Positions 27,363-37,264 of a stretch of DNA of 64,000 nt are shown in pieces (the first letter of the stretch is position 1; each line of letters begins with the position of its first letter). Made by a program: the position numbers and the translations under genes. The notes beneath the pieces are model-generated. The model did not search any database, was not told the origin of the DNA, and saw only the letters and a list, made by a program, of their open reading frames with translations. The DNA comes from Burkholderiales bacterium. Its GTDB lineage: Bacteria > Pseudomonadota > Gammaproteobacteria > Burkholderiales > Burkholderiaceae_C. The DNA lies in assembly GCA_037143475.1 (NCBI GenBank), contig JBAWYQ010000001.1, positions 30,927 to 94,926 on the forward strand, given 5' to 3'.

Positions 27363-28454
27363 ATGGCCACTACCAAAGACTACCGTCTCGGCGAATTCAC
27401 CTATCCCCGCGGCTGGTTCATGATCGCAGAGTCGATCGAACTCGACACGCACAAGCCCCTGGCTGTGCGCTTCTTCGGCAAAGACTTTGCACTGTATCGC
27501 GGGCGCGCCACCGGCAAAGTGGTGCTGCTGGACGCCTATTGCCCGCACATGAAAACCCACCTGGCTGCACCCAACAAAACCAGCTATGTGATTCAGGACG
27601 GCCTAGGCACCAACATTGAAGGCGACGGCATCCGCTGCCCGTACCATGCCTGGCGTTTCGGGGCCGACGGCAAGTGCGACGACATCCCGTACCACCAGGG
27701 TGAAATTCCGGCTGCAGCCTGCGTCAAGAGCTGGACGGTTCTGGAGAGCCTGGGCGGGGTCTGGGTCTGGCACGACCCTGAAGGTGGCGAGCCCGAGTGG
27801 GAACACCCCAGCCTGCCGCAGTGGGACAACCCGCAATGGGTGCGCCCCAAGTGGGACCACCTGGGCATCGTCAACCAGCATCCGCAGGAGCTGGTTGACA
27901 ACATTTGCGACTACGGCCATCTGAGCCCCATTCACGGTTCCACCGTGGCGCGTTTCGAAAACGAATTCAAGGGAAATAAGGCCACCCAACGCCAGTGCGG
28001 CGGTCACCGCACACTGGTCAGCCCGGATGGCGTCAGCGTGGAACTGCACACCATCACCACCTACACCGGGCCTGGTTTGCTGATGTCTGATCTGACCGGC
28101 ATGTACGAAGCGGTGATGATCATCACGCACACGCCAGTGGACGATGGCACGGCCAAAGTCTGGCACTGCCTGGTGGTGCGCGCAGCAGGCGACAAACCGG
28201 TAGCAAGCAAGACCGACGCCATTGCCGCAGCCCAGTTCCAGGAAATGGCACTGACCGCGTTTGTGCAGGACATCGAGGTGTGGAACTTCAAGGAACCCTG
28301 CCTCAACGGCCTGTTCATCCCCAGCGACGGCGCTTTCATGAAGGCTCGGATCTGGTACAAGCAGTTCTACAACCCGCGCGCCAAGAAGCAGGATTATCTG
28401 GATCAGTGCGAAGGCGTTTATGTGCCGCGAGGCATTCCTGCCTATACCCAATAA
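27363..28454 (+). CDS. Rieske [2Fe-2S] non-haem-iron oxygenase, KshA family (3-ketosteroid 9alpha-hydroxylase-like)
   Basis: ATG 27363 with GGAG RBS. Rieske motif CPHM...CPYHAWRF, iron motif DNICDYGHLSPIH. C-terminal FVQDIEVWNFK...ARIWYKQFY parallels remembered M. tuberculosis KshA (FLQDVEIWKHK...LRRWYEQFY). Confidence 0.85.
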   Translation: MATTKDYRLGEFTYPRGWFMIAESIELDTHKPLAVRFFGKDFALYRGRATGKVVLLDAYCPHMKTHLAAPNKTSYVIQDGLGTNIEGDGIRCPYHAWRFGADGKCDDIPYHQGEIPAAACVKSWTVLESLGGVWVWHDPEGGEPEWEHPSLPQWDNPQWVRPKWDHLGIVNQHPQELVDNICDYGHLSPIHGSTVARFENEFKGNKATQRQCGGHRTLVSPDGVSVELHTITTYTGPGLLMSDLTGMYEAVMIITHTPVDDGTAKVWHCLVVRAAGDKPVASKTDAIAAAQFQEMALTAFVQDIEVWNFKEPCLNGLFIPSDGAFMKARIWYKQFYNPRAKKQDYLDQCEGVYVPRGIPAYTQ

Positions 28455-28493
28455 ACGCAATAACCTGCGACGGCCTGATCAACACAGGCACAC

Positions 28494-28526
28494 AAAAAAA
28501 GACCGGCACTGCCGGTCTTTTTTTTG
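28494..28526. terminator. Bidirectional rho-independent terminator
   Basis: AAAAAAAGACCGGCACTGCCGGTCTTTTTTTT: 7-bp GC stem, 3-nt loop, A-run and T-run, between convergent genes. Confidence 0.85.
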
Positions 28527-28546
28527 TCCTCTTCAAAGCACTGAAA

Positions 28547-29215
28547 TCAGGGTCGCCGGTGGGTGACCCCGGTGGCCATGAAGACCGAATCCTGCGCCGC
28601 ACACAACGCGTCAAAATGTGTCGCAGCCGGGTCCTGCAAGTCAGCCGCCTGCAACGCATGACTCAGCGCATCGGCGCTGGTAAACCACCATTCGACGATG
28701 GCGTCAAAGTCATAGCCGGGCGGCCGCTCTGCTTCCACTATGTTGAGCACCACACAACTTGCGTCCGGCCAGGCGGCATCGGCCTTCTCCATCGCGCTCT
28801 GGAAATGTGCTGACGCCACATTCGGTTGTTTGTGCAGAAAGGCCACCAACACGGCGTCGGCCCGGGACCCCTCACGCAACACCTGCTCACTGGCCACCAG
28901 CGTGAAATCGCGCACATAGCGGTCAAAGACACGGGGCTCGTCGGGCCGCATGATGGCCAGTGTTTCAGCGTCACTCCAGATGTCGTCTGCCGCCTGGCGG
29001 TCACGTAGCCGCAACAGGTTCACGCCGTCGTAAGCGGTGCTACATCCCGGTGTTGCGTGGGCTAGCAGCCGGGAGCATTGCGTCACCGTCAGCACCTTGT
29101 CCTGTACATTGCGGCACTGCCGACCCAAAGCGGAGTGGCCACGCCAGGCTGCGGGAAATTCCTCAGGAGCCAAAGCCGGGTTGCGCCGGGCCAGGTAAAT
29201 CATTTTCCAGTTCAT
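28547..29215 (-). CDS. EthD-like (dimeric alpha/beta-barrel) protein, apparently two tandem domains
   Basis: 222 aa. N-terminus MIYLARRNPALAPEEFPAAWRGHSAL matches the EthD-domain opening pattern, and the second half repeats a similar pattern. No catalytic motif recognised. Confidence 0.5.
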   Translation of the reverse strand: MNWKMIYLARRNPALAPEEFPAAWRGHSALGRQCRNVQDKVLTVTQCSRLLAHATPGCSTAYDGVNLLRLRDRQAADDIWSDAETLAIMRPDEPRVFDRYVRDFTLVASEQVLREGSRADAVLVAFLHKQPNVASAHFQSAMEKADAAWPDASCVVLNIVEAERPPGYDFDAIVEWWFTSADALSHALQAADLQDPAATHFDALCAAQDSVFMATGVTHRRP

Positions 29216-29225
29216 GCGTAAGGTC

Positions 29226-30548
29226 TCAGGTGGGTGTGGGTGAAAGTGTGCTGGCTGGCACCGGCGCGCGATTGGCCGCCAGCGCCGGAATATAGGCCCG
29301 CCGTGCCCTGGCGAATGCCAGCAACGCGGGTAGCAGCATGGCGAGCATCAGAGCCAGTGCCCAGGCCAGTGAGGCACTGCCGGCCAGCGGCGTCAGCCGG
29401 TCACTCAGCCAGCCGGTGAGGATCGGCCCCAGTCCGTTACCGATGATTGAGCCTGCAAGCAGGAGCATGGCGCTGGCCGTAGCGCGCTGTGAGGGCGGCA
29501 CCACCAGGCTCAGGGCCGCATAGGTGGGAGCCACCCACCAGGTCAGGAAAAAGGCGTACAGCACCACCAATGGCACCGCCGCTGTCAGATTGCCCGCGGG
29601 CAGCATCAAATAGGCCAGCCCGGCAGGCAAGGCGGCAGCGACGCCCAGCATGGGCACGCCCATCTGCCAACGCGGATCACGGCGTGTCAGCACGTCGGCT
29701 AGTGCGCCGGAAACCAGACCGCCCGCCATGGAAGCAAGCGCAGCAGCACCCGAAACCCAACCCGCCGCGCTCAAACTCAAACCGTGGTAGCGCACCAGCA
29801 AAGCAGTGTTCCAGGTACCAAAAGAGTAACCCGCCAGCAGCACGCAGGCTGCCGCCACAATCAACCAGCGGGTGACCGGCGCGCGCCAGATATCCCGCAC
29901 GGCGGCGGACTGGGACTGTTGTGCGTCCAACGGGTTGTGGCCAGCGCCGCGCTGGGGCTCCTGCACGGTGAGCCAAAGCAGTGTGGTGAGCAACAGGGAC
30001 ACGCACCCCACCGAGGCCAGCGCCACGCGCCAACCATAGGCTTGCGCCACCCAGGAGCCGCCCACCAGCGCCATCAACGCGCCCAGGCTACCGCCACTGG
30101 CAAACACGCTCATGGCCCGCGCGCGCTGCGCGGGTGGATACAAGTCAGCCACCATGGATAGCGATGCCGGGTTGCCTCCCGCATCACTGACGGCACCACC
30201 GCTGCGCGAGAACAACAACATCCAGAAGCCTGAGGCCGTCGAACCCAGGGCGGCCAGGGCGCCTCCCACACCCCGGCACACCACCACCAGGCTGCGTCGT
30301 TCGTGCCGGTCGGCCCAACGCCCAAGCGGCACACCCAACAGGGCAAAAGTCAAGGCAAAGCCCAGGCCGGTGATCAACCCGATCTGCAGGTCCGTCAGAT
30401 TGAATTCCATTTTGACCGGCTGGGTCAGCACCGCCAGGATCTGGCGATCCATAAAACTGAAAGCCGACAAAGCGGTGAGCAATGCCAGCGTGTAGCGCGG
30501 TCTGTGCAGCCCGGGCTCGGACACGCGCTCCGACAAGGAAACATTCAT
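29226..30548 (-). CDS. MFS transporter
   Basis: ATG 30548 (MNVSLSERV...). The ORF-track extension to 30767 overlaps the divergent promoter. 12-TM pattern with FSFMDRQILAVL and GRWADRHERR motifs; paralogue of 32019-33323. Confidence 0.85.
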   Translation of the reverse strand: MNVSLSERVSEPGLHRPRYTLALLTALSAFSFMDRQILAVLTQPVKMEFNLTDLQIGLITGLGFALTFALLGVPLGRWADRHERRSLVVVCRGVGGALAALGSTASGFWMLLFSRSGGAVSDAGGNPASLSMVADLYPPAQRARAMSVFASGGSLGALMALVGGSWVAQAYGWRVALASVGCVSLLLTTLLWLTVQEPQRGAGHNPLDAQQSQSAAVRDIWRAPVTRWLIVAAACVLLAGYSFGTWNTALLVRYHGLSLSAAGWVSGAAALASMAGGLVSGALADVLTRRDPRWQMGVPMLGVAAALPAGLAYLMLPAGNLTAAVPLVVLYAFFLTWWVAPTYAALSLVVPPSQRATASAMLLLAGSIIGNGLGPILTGWLSDRLTPLAGSASLAWALALMLAMLLPALLAFARARRAYIPALAANRAPVPASTLSPTPT

Positions 30549-30603
30549 GGTGGGCCAGTCAATTGAATAAGTGATCCATTTTTGGCCGGTACCGGGTTGG
30601 CTA

Positions 30604-30623
30604 CATCGTCCGCGCAGACGATG
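30604..30623. promoter_or_regulatory. Island dyad site F: CATCGTCCGCGCAGACGATG (perfect 7-bp arms)
   Basis: In the divergent gap, 56 nt from the MFS start (30548) and 63 nt from the hydrolase start (30686). Confidence 0.6.
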
Positions 30624-30685
30624 CCAATCTGCATACAGCACGTAAAGTGTCACCACCCCTGCACTTTCCAAATGGAGAATCCCGA

Positions 30686-31984
30686 ATGCACCACCGATAT
30701 CCACTGACACGCCCCAAGGTAAAGCGCCTGATTGCGGCTTTGACGCTGACACTGGCCGGCGGCACACAGGCCCAGACCAGCGCCGAACTGGACCCGGCGC
30801 GCCTCATGCAAGGTTTTCCGCCGCCACCGGCCTACCAGATCCACATTGGCAACTGGCAGCATTACCCGCAAAAGATCTGGTCGTTCCAGCACACACGCGA
30901 ACTGTTCCCGACCCGGCCCCTGCAAGCCGTGGCGCCTGCGCTCCCGCTGCCCATAGCGCTGCAGGCGCTGGATGATTTGCAGGTCGGTACGCCCGAAGCG
31001 CCACAAACCTGGCCACAGATGCTAGCCGCCACCCATGTCGATGCAGCACTGGTGCTGCACCATGGCCGCATCATCGATGAGCGCTACTTCAACGGCATGA
31101 CGCCGTCCACGCCGCACCTGATGTTTTCGGCCACCAAGTCCATGGCCGGCTTAATGGCAGCCGTGGCGATTGAAGAAGGCAAGCTCGATGCCAAGTCGCG
31201 GGTGGACAGCGTACTGCCCGAACTGGCCGACAGTGCGTGGGGAGCGGCCACCGTGCGTCAGGTTCTGGATATGACCGATGGTGTGCAATTCACCGAGATC
31301 TATACCGACCCGCGCTCTGACATCTTCTCCTACATCGGTGCGATGGGATGGGCACCCGACTTACAGGTTGCCGGGAAGCCGCGCGGCATCCAGGCCATGC
31401 TCACCACCCTTAAGACCGTGCACCCGGAGCCGCGTGGCACGGCCTTTCGCTACCGCTCCCCGGCCACCGATGTCACCGCCTGGCTGGCAGCACGCGCCAC
31501 AGGCCTGTCGCTCACGGGCTGGTTGCAGCAGCGCATCTGGAACAAGCTGGGAATGGAACACGACGGCAATGTGATGCTGGACCCGGTGGGCACGGAAGTG
31601 ACCTTTGCGGGCATGAGCGCCAGCGCCCGGGACTTGGCGCGCCTGGGCCAGATGCTGTTGCAAAAAGGCCGCGCCGGCGACACGCAGATTATTCCGGAGG
31701 CGGTGGTGAATGACCTGATTCAGGGCGGTGATATCAAGGCCTTCGAAACCGCCGGCATGCCGCACCGCAAGGGCTGGTCGTACCGCAGCCAGTGGTGGGT
31801 CAACCCCAACGCGCCGCGCTCTTTTGCAGCCATGGGCGCCTTTGGGCAACGCCTGTTTGTACTTCCCGATGACGATATGGTGGTGGTGTTGCTGAGCAGC
31901 CATCCCAAGCCGGTTGCCTCGCTGATTGACGCACCCCAGTTGCGTGCCATTCAGGTGCTGACGGGCAAGCTCAAGGGACGCTAA
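30686..31984 (+). CDS. Secreted serine hydrolase, class-C beta-lactamase/esterase fold
   Basis: ATG 30686 with GGAGA RBS. Signal peptide MHHRYPLTRPKVKRLIAALTLTLAGGTQA. S-x-x-K nucleophile motif SATKSMAG. Confidence 0.8.
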   Translation: MHHRYPLTRPKVKRLIAALTLTLAGGTQAQTSAELDPARLMQGFPPPPAYQIHIGNWQHYPQKIWSFQHTRELFPTRPLQAVAPALPLPIALQALDDLQVGTPEAPQTWPQMLAATHVDAALVLHHGRIIDERYFNGMTPSTPHLMFSATKSMAGLMAAVAIEEGKLDAKSRVDSVLPELADSAWGAATVRQVLDMTDGVQFTEIYTDPRSDIFSYIGAMGWAPDLQVAGKPRGIQAMLTTLKTVHPEPRGTAFRYRSPATDVTAWLAARATGLSLTGWLQQRIWNKLGMEHDGNVMLDPVGTEVTFAGMSASARDLARLGQMLLQKGRAGDTQIIPEAVVNDLIQGGDIKAFETAGMPHRKGWSYRSQWWVNPNAPRSFAAMGAFGQRLFVLPDDDMVVVLLSSHPKPVASLIDAPQLRAIQVLTGKLKGR

Positions 31985-32018
31985 GCGGTCCTTAGCCGGG
32001 CTGCCCTGCAGCGCCGGC

Positions 32019-33323
32019 TCAGACGACCTTTGCGATGCGCTCTCGTTCGTAGGCTTGCATGGCCATATAGAAGAACACCACACCCAGCGCATAGCAACTT
32101 CCGGTGGTGAGAGCCAAGGCATAGCGCAGCGATTCGACACCAAAAGCCGACGCCAAACCGTCGCTCAAAAGTCCCACCAGCAATGGACCCAGGCCGCCCC
32201 CGACCATAGTCATACCCAGGTTGAAGAAGGCCACCGTTGTGGCACGGCGCTGGGGTGCCACGACCTCGGCCAGCACGGTGTAAACGGGCGCCGTCCACCA
32301 GACTGCCGTCAAGCCGAACAGCACATAAAACCCAATGGCGTGCGGCACCACCATGCTGCCAACATGCCAGGCCTCGCCGGCGGGCATCAAATAGAAAGCC
32401 AACCCGGATGGAACCGACAACACGCAACCCAGCAAAGGTACGCCCACACGCCAGCGCCGGTCGCGCTTGGCAAGCCGATCGCACAACCAGCCGCTGAGCA
32501 ATGCGCCCATTGCCGCAGCAACGCCGCCCAGCAGCCCCATCACCGCACCCGCGCCCTGCAGACTCATGCCATGTGAGCGCACCAAGAACGCTGGTGTCCA
32601 GATGCCAATACCGTATCCGGCAAAGCCCATCATCAGACCGGCCAGCGTAATGCGCACAAAGGCCTTGGAGGCATGCAGGTCCCGCATGACCGAAATCAAT
32701 GACTCTGCCGGTGCGCTGGAATCACCGCTGGCTTCCCACCGGCCGCGCGAAGGTTCTACGCCGATGAAGCGCAGCAGAACGGCAGCAATCACGCCGGGGA
32801 TCGCCATCCATATAAATGCGGCACGCCAGCCATGGTGCTGTGCAATCCAGCCGCCCAGGGTCAGGCCAAACAGAATACCCAGTTGTGGCCCCAGCCAATA
32901 CACACCCATGGCCCGACCACGCTGCTGCGGCGGATAGTGGTCAGCCACCATGGAGAGCGAGGGTGCAGTGCCACCTGCCTCACCAATGGCCACGCCAATG
33001 CGTGCAAGGGCCAATGTCCAGAAGCCTGTCACCATGCCGCACACAGCAGTCATGACACTCCAGGCGCCACAGCAATAGGCAACGAAATTGCGCCGGTTGG
33101 TGCGGTCGGCGTAGCGGCCAAACGGAATGGCCAGCACGCTGTAGAACAGCGCGAAGGTCAATCCACCGAGCATGCCCATGGCCGAATCCGAGACCTGAAA
33201 CTCCTGCTTGATGGGCTGCATCAGGATGCCCATGATCTGGCGATCAATAAAGCTCATCGTGTAGACAAAAAGCAGCAGCACCAGGGTGTAGTGGCTGCGC
33301 CAACCGTAAGCGGCTCGTGTCAT
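32019..33323 (-). CDS. MFS transporter
   Basis: 434 aa, 12-TM pattern, MSFIDRQIMGIL and GRYADRTNRR motifs. Confidence 0.85.
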   Translation of the reverse strand: MTRAAYGWRSHYTLVLLLFVYTMSFIDRQIMGILMQPIKQEFQVSDSAMGMLGGLTFALFYSVLAIPFGRYADRTNRRNFVAYCCGAWSVMTAVCGMVTGFWTLALARIGVAIGEAGGTAPSLSMVADHYPPQQRGRAMGVYWLGPQLGILFGLTLGGWIAQHHGWRAAFIWMAIPGVIAAVLLRFIGVEPSRGRWEASGDSSAPAESLISVMRDLHASKAFVRITLAGLMMGFAGYGIGIWTPAFLVRSHGMSLQGAGAVMGLLGGVAAAMGALLSGWLCDRLAKRDRRWRVGVPLLGCVLSVPSGLAFYLMPAGEAWHVGSMVVPHAIGFYVLFGLTAVWWTAPVYTVLAEVVAPQRRATTVAFFNLGMTMVGGGLGPLLVGLLSDGLASAFGVESLRYALALTTGSCYALGVVFFYMAMQAYERERIAKVV

Positions 33324-33457
33324 GGTTTTTCCAGTGGAGTTCAGGATATGCGGTAAGGACTACATGCAATGTTTCACATCGACCAACAATCGTCACCCCG
33401 CAAACGGACTAGAACACGGCAATCGCCGCCACAAACTGGCAGCACACTGTGACCGGC

Positions 33458-34648
33458 TTATTCGCGTGTGCCCAGCCATGCCACGCTGTTCAGGAAGATG
33501 CGCACCAGCTCGGTCTGGCGGCGCACACCGGTCTTGGAAAAGATGGAGCGCAGATGCGCACGCGCCGTGTTGCGCTTGATGCCCAGCAGGTCTGACGCTT
33601 CGTCCAGCGATAGCCCGTTGGCCAACTCAATGGCCAGCGCGGTCTCGGCCGGAGTCAGCTGAAACAGTTGCTGCGTCAGCCGGATGGGCGGATGGGCCTG
33701 ACCTTCGGCATCGCGCACAAACACCGCCACGCTGGGTCGCTGCTTGCCTTCGGTCCATTGATCGGAGGCAATGCTCTGCACCACCACACCCCAGCTGTGC
33801 TGGCCCGAGGGGCGGCTGATGGATAGCGCATCGGTGAGCGACATCTTGGCGGCCTTGGGGTGAATCAAAGCGTCGCGTATGAGGCGCTGCAGGACACGGT
33901 TTTCGTTGGGGTAACTGGCATCAAGCTGGTCACCAACGATACGCAGTCCATCGGACATTTCCAGTATGGCGGTAGCTGCCGGATTGCACTCAATCACATT
34001 GCGATCCTGGTCCAGCACAATCACGCCCACCATAAGTTGCGCCATGGCATGGCTGTATAGCGAGATGACCTTGCGGTCCTGGTGCGTCGAGAGATGCAGA
34101 TTCAGCGCACGTTTGATATGGGGCAGCAAGCGCCGGCCCAACGCCAGGTCCTGCGGTGAAAACGGCGGAGCGCTTTCGGGGCGGGTGATACGAAAGCCGT
34201 AGACCGCACCATTGCTGACCTCGATATCGGCGGCCATCACGTGAAACACGCCTAGCGGCTGGCACCAGTCCTTGTAGTACGATGAGGCGCGCCAATCAGC
34301 CTCGGTCAGCACATCCGAATTCGTGACCAGCCGGTCAGACGGCATGCCCGTGAAGGGACTCATCATGATGTAGGGATTGCCCAGGGCGATGCTGCGGTGC
34401 TCCTGGGAATTGGAAACAATCATGCCGATGTCATCGGCAGAGCCCGGCCGCACGATCAGTGAAGCGTAATTGCCCGCCAGTTCCCGCCGGATCAAGTCCA
34501 GGCAATTGGTCCAGCCTGCCGGGTCCAGGGCCGCGTCATAGACCGTGTCCAACATGCGGCTGAACTGATCAAGCGACAGGCTTGCTCCCACCGGAGTTGC
34601 GCTGGCAGTGTCCGGTGAACTCGTGGCGTCTTTGGGCGTTTTAGTCAT
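33458..34648 (-). CDS. tesR: LuxR-family transcriptional regulator (PAS-like sensor + GerE-type HTH), TesR/TeiR-like
   Basis: 396 aa with C-terminal LTPAETALAIELANGLSLDEASDLLGIKRNTARAHLRSIFSKTGVRRQTEL. Its size and position at the end of a tesB-led operon match the C. testosteroni regulator as I recall it. Confidence 0.75.
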   Translation of the reverse strand: MTKTPKDATSSPDTASATPVGASLSLDQFSRMLDTVYDAALDPAGWTNCLDLIRRELAGNYASLIVRPGSADDIGMIVSNSQEHRSIALGNPYIMMSPFTGMPSDRLVTNSDVLTEADWRASSYYKDWCQPLGVFHVMAADIEVSNGAVYGFRITRPESAPPFSPQDLALGRRLLPHIKRALNLHLSTHQDRKVISLYSHAMAQLMVGVIVLDQDRNVIECNPAATAILEMSDGLRIVGDQLDASYPNENRVLQRLIRDALIHPKAAKMSLTDALSISRPSGQHSWGVVVQSIASDQWTEGKQRPSVAVFVRDAEGQAHPPIRLTQQLFQLTPAETALAIELANGLSLDEASDLLGIKRNTARAHLRSIFSKTGVRRQTELVRIFLNSVAWLGTRE

Positions 34649-34709
34649 GTCGGAAGAGCGGGCTGGCCATGTAGTGGACGCAGGATATCAGAGTTGGGGC
34701 AAATCGCCA

Positions 34710-35918
34710 TCAGCCCAATTCGAACAGCCCTGCGGCCCCCATGCCACCGCCAATACACATGCTGACCACAGCGTAACGCACACCCCGGCGGCGTCCTTCG
34801 AGCAGAGCATGGCCCACCAGACGCGCACCCGACATGCCAAACGGATGACCAATCGAGATAGCGCCGCCATTAACGTTCAGGCGGTCATCGGGGATGCCCA
34901 GCGCATCGCGGCAATGGATGACCTGGCAGGCAAAAGCTTCATTGATTTCCCACAGACCAATGTCCTGCACCGACAGGCCGTGGCGCTGCAACAATTTTGG
35001 AATGGCATAGACCGGGCCAATGCCCATTTCGTCCGCCGCACAACCGGCAACCGCCACACCCCGGTAAGTGCCCAGCACCGGCAGGCCGCGGCGCTGCGCT
35101 TCGCCAGCGCTCATCAAGACAGAAGCCGAAGCACCGTCCGATAGCTGGGACGCATTGCCCGCCGTGATGAAGGCACCTTCGTTCACCCACTGCCCGTTCT
35201 TCCAGACCGGTTTGAGCTTGGCCAGACTTTCGGCAGAGGTGTCGGCGCGGTTGCCCTCATCCTGCATCAGGGTGACCTCCTCGTTGCCGGTGACGTTGCC
35301 TTCCTTGTCGAACAACTGCTTGCTTGACGTCAGCGGCACGATCTCATCGGCGAACAAGCCGGCAGCTTGGGCCGCAGCCACGCGCTGCTGGCTACGCAAG
35401 GAATATTCATCCTGCGCCACACGCGAAATGCCATAGCGCTGGCTGACGATCTCGGCGGTTTCTATCATCTGGATATAGGCCGTGGGGCACGCCGCAAGCA
35501 CCGACTGAGACTGTGCCCGGTAGCTGTTCTTGTGCTTGTTCTGCACCAGTGAGATGGACTCCAGCCCACCAGCCACCGCAATATTAAGTTCGCCGCTCAT
35601 GATGCCCTTGGCCGCCGTGGCAATGGCCATCAGGCCCGACGCGCACATGCGGTCAATCACCATGCCGCCCACGCTCTCGGGCAGACCGGCGGTATAGGTG
35701 CACAGGCGGCCCAGGTTGTAACCTTGATTACCTTGCTGCGCTGCAATACCGAGAATGACGTCATCCACATCCTGTCCCTGCACACGGGCCTTGGCGAGTG
35801 CAGCACGGATGGCGTGGCCACCGAGCATCGGGGCTTCGGTGTCGTTAAAAGCACCACGGTAGGCTTTGCCGATAGGCGTGCGGGCGGTGGAAACAATGAC
35901 TGCGTCTTGCGGGTTCAT
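34710..35918 (-). CDS. Acetyl-CoA C-acyltransferase (thiolase)
   Basis: 402 aa; active-site blocks [30 protein letters not shown]. Confidence 0.95.
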   Translation of the reverse strand: MNPQDAVIVSTARTPIGKAYRGAFNDTEAPMLGGHAIRAALAKARVQGQDVDDVILGIAAQQGNQGYNLGRLCTYTAGLPESVGGMVIDRMCASGLMAIATAAKGIMSGELNIAVAGGLESISLVQNKHKNSYRAQSQSVLAACPTAYIQMIETAEIVSQRYGISRVAQDEYSLRSQQRVAAAQAAGLFADEIVPLTSSKQLFDKEGNVTGNEEVTLMQDEGNRADTSAESLAKLKPVWKNGQWVNEGAFITAGNASQLSDGASASVLMSAGEAQRRGLPVLGTYRGVAVAGCAADEMGIGPVYAIPKLLQRHGLSVQDIGLWEINEAFACQVIHCRDALGIPDDRLNVNGGAISIGHPFGMSGARLVGHALLEGRRRGVRYAVVSMCIGGGMGAAGLFELG

Positions 35919-35929
35919 AATTTTTTATC

Positions 35930-36400
35930 TCATTCAAAGAAAAGTCGGCTGATGGTGTCCACCACACAGCCGGGTTTGTCGCTGCCTTCGACCTGCACCG
36001 TGATGCGCACCACCACCTGCACTCCATCGCCCTGGAGGGCTTCGGCGCTCATGATTTGGCCGTGCCCGCGAATACGGGCATTGACCTTGACGGGCGCCGG
36101 AAAGCGCAGCTTGTCGCAGCCATAGTTCAGGCCCAGCTTCAGGCGCCGGTACTGCACCAGTTGCGGCAAAAACAGATTGGCCAGGGACAGTGTCAGATAG
36201 CCATGTGCCACACAGCAACCAAACGGCCCGCTCTTGGCGCGCTCCGGGTCCACGTGAATCCACTGGTGGTCGCCTGTCGCATCGGCAAAGGTGTTGATGC
36301 GCTGCTGTGTCACCTGCAGCCAGTCGGTCACACCCAGGTCTTGCCCCACGGCACTCAGCAGGGCTGCAGACGAGTCGAATGTCTGTGCATCAACGGCCAT
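35930..36400 (-). CDS. MaoC-family (R)-specific enoyl-CoA hydratase
   Basis: 156 aa; TGDHQWIHVDPERA hydratase 2 motif. Confidence 0.85.
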   Translation of the reverse strand: MAVDAQTFDSSAALLSAVGQDLGVTDWLQVTQQRINTFADATGDHQWIHVDPERAKSGPFGCCVAHGYLTLSLANLFLPQLVQYRRLKLGLNYGCDKLRFPAPVKVNARIRGHGQIMSAEALQGDGVQVVVRITVQVEGSDKPGCVVDTISRLFFE

Positions 36401-36402
36401 AC

Positions 36403-37188
36403 TCAGGCCCTTTGCGAACTGACAGAGACCACTTCACCGGTCATGTAGGACGAGTAATCACTGGCCAGAAAGACCATAACGTTGGCAATTTCCCAAGGCT
36501 CGGCACCGCGGCCAAAGGCTTCTTTTTCCGACAACTGGTTGAGCAGTTCTTCGGAAGCGGATTTCTTCAGAAAGGCATGGATGGCAATGGACGGTGCGAC
36601 CGCGTTAATGCGCACCCCATACTCGGCCGCTTCCAGTGCGGCGCAACGCGTCAGCGCCATTACACCGGCCTTGGCTGCAGCGTAATGCGCCTGCTCCTGC
36701 TGTGCGCGCCAGCCCAGCACCGAGGCGTTGTTAACAATCACACCGTGGCCACGCGGCTGCATAACTTTGAGGGCTGCGCGCGTCATGCGGAAGGTGCCGG
36801 TCAGCGTGACGTCCAGCACCTTGTGCCACTCGTCGTCTTCCATCTCGACGATGCGCTTACTGGTACCCAGACCGGCGTTGTTAACCAACACGTCGATGCC
36901 GCCCAGTCGCTCTTCGGCCGCCTGCACCAGGGCATCGACCTGCTCCTGTCGGCTGACATCGCACAGCTGCCCAAACACCTGCTCCAGGCCGGTATCGCGC
37001 TTGATCGCCTCGACCGCTTCGTTCAAGCGGCGCTCATGCACATCGGAAACAAACAGGGCGCGGCAGCCTTCCTCGGCGGCGCGCTTGGCCACGGCAAAAC
37101 CGATGCCGGCACCGGCAGCCGCCGTCACCAATACCGATTTGCCACGCAGCAGGCCGTGGGCGGGAACATAGTCAGGAGCAGGTTTCAT
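36403..37188 (-). CDS. SDR (3-hydroxyacyl-CoA dehydrogenase candidate)
   Basis: ATG 37188 (MKPAPDYVPAHGLLRGKSVLVTAAAGAGIGFA). YAAAKAG motif. Confidence 0.85.
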   Translation of the reverse strand: MKPAPDYVPAHGLLRGKSVLVTAAAGAGIGFAVAKRAAEEGCRALFVSDVHERRLNEAVEAIKRDTGLEQVFGQLCDVSRQEQVDALVQAAEERLGGIDVLVNNAGLGTSKRIVEMEDDEWHKVLDVTLTGTFRMTRAALKVMQPRGHGVIVNNASVLGWRAQQEQAHYAAAKAGVMALTRCAALEAAEYGVRINAVAPSIAIHAFLKKSASEELLNQLSEKEAFGRGAEPWEIANVMVFLASDYSSYMTGEVVSVSSQRA

Positions 37189-37244
37189 CAGCGTCGTCTT
37201 CAGTCGTTTTGTTACAGCAATGATGGCGCGCGTCGCAACCCGGC

Positions 37245-37264
37245 ACATCGTCTGCATGGACGAT
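37245..37264. promoter_or_regulatory. Island dyad site G: CATCGTCTGCATGGACGATG (perfect 7-bp arms)
   Basis: In the 122-nt gap inside the long minus-strand operon, 57 nt upstream of the SDR start (37188). Confidence 0.6.

Noticed and set aside
33389-33413. ATCGTC ... GGACTAGA upstream of the MFS gene at 33323, reminiscent of the dyad.
   Set aside because: The half-sites are separated by 12 nt rather than 6, and the properly spaced left arm does not match. It is listed only as a possible degenerate site.
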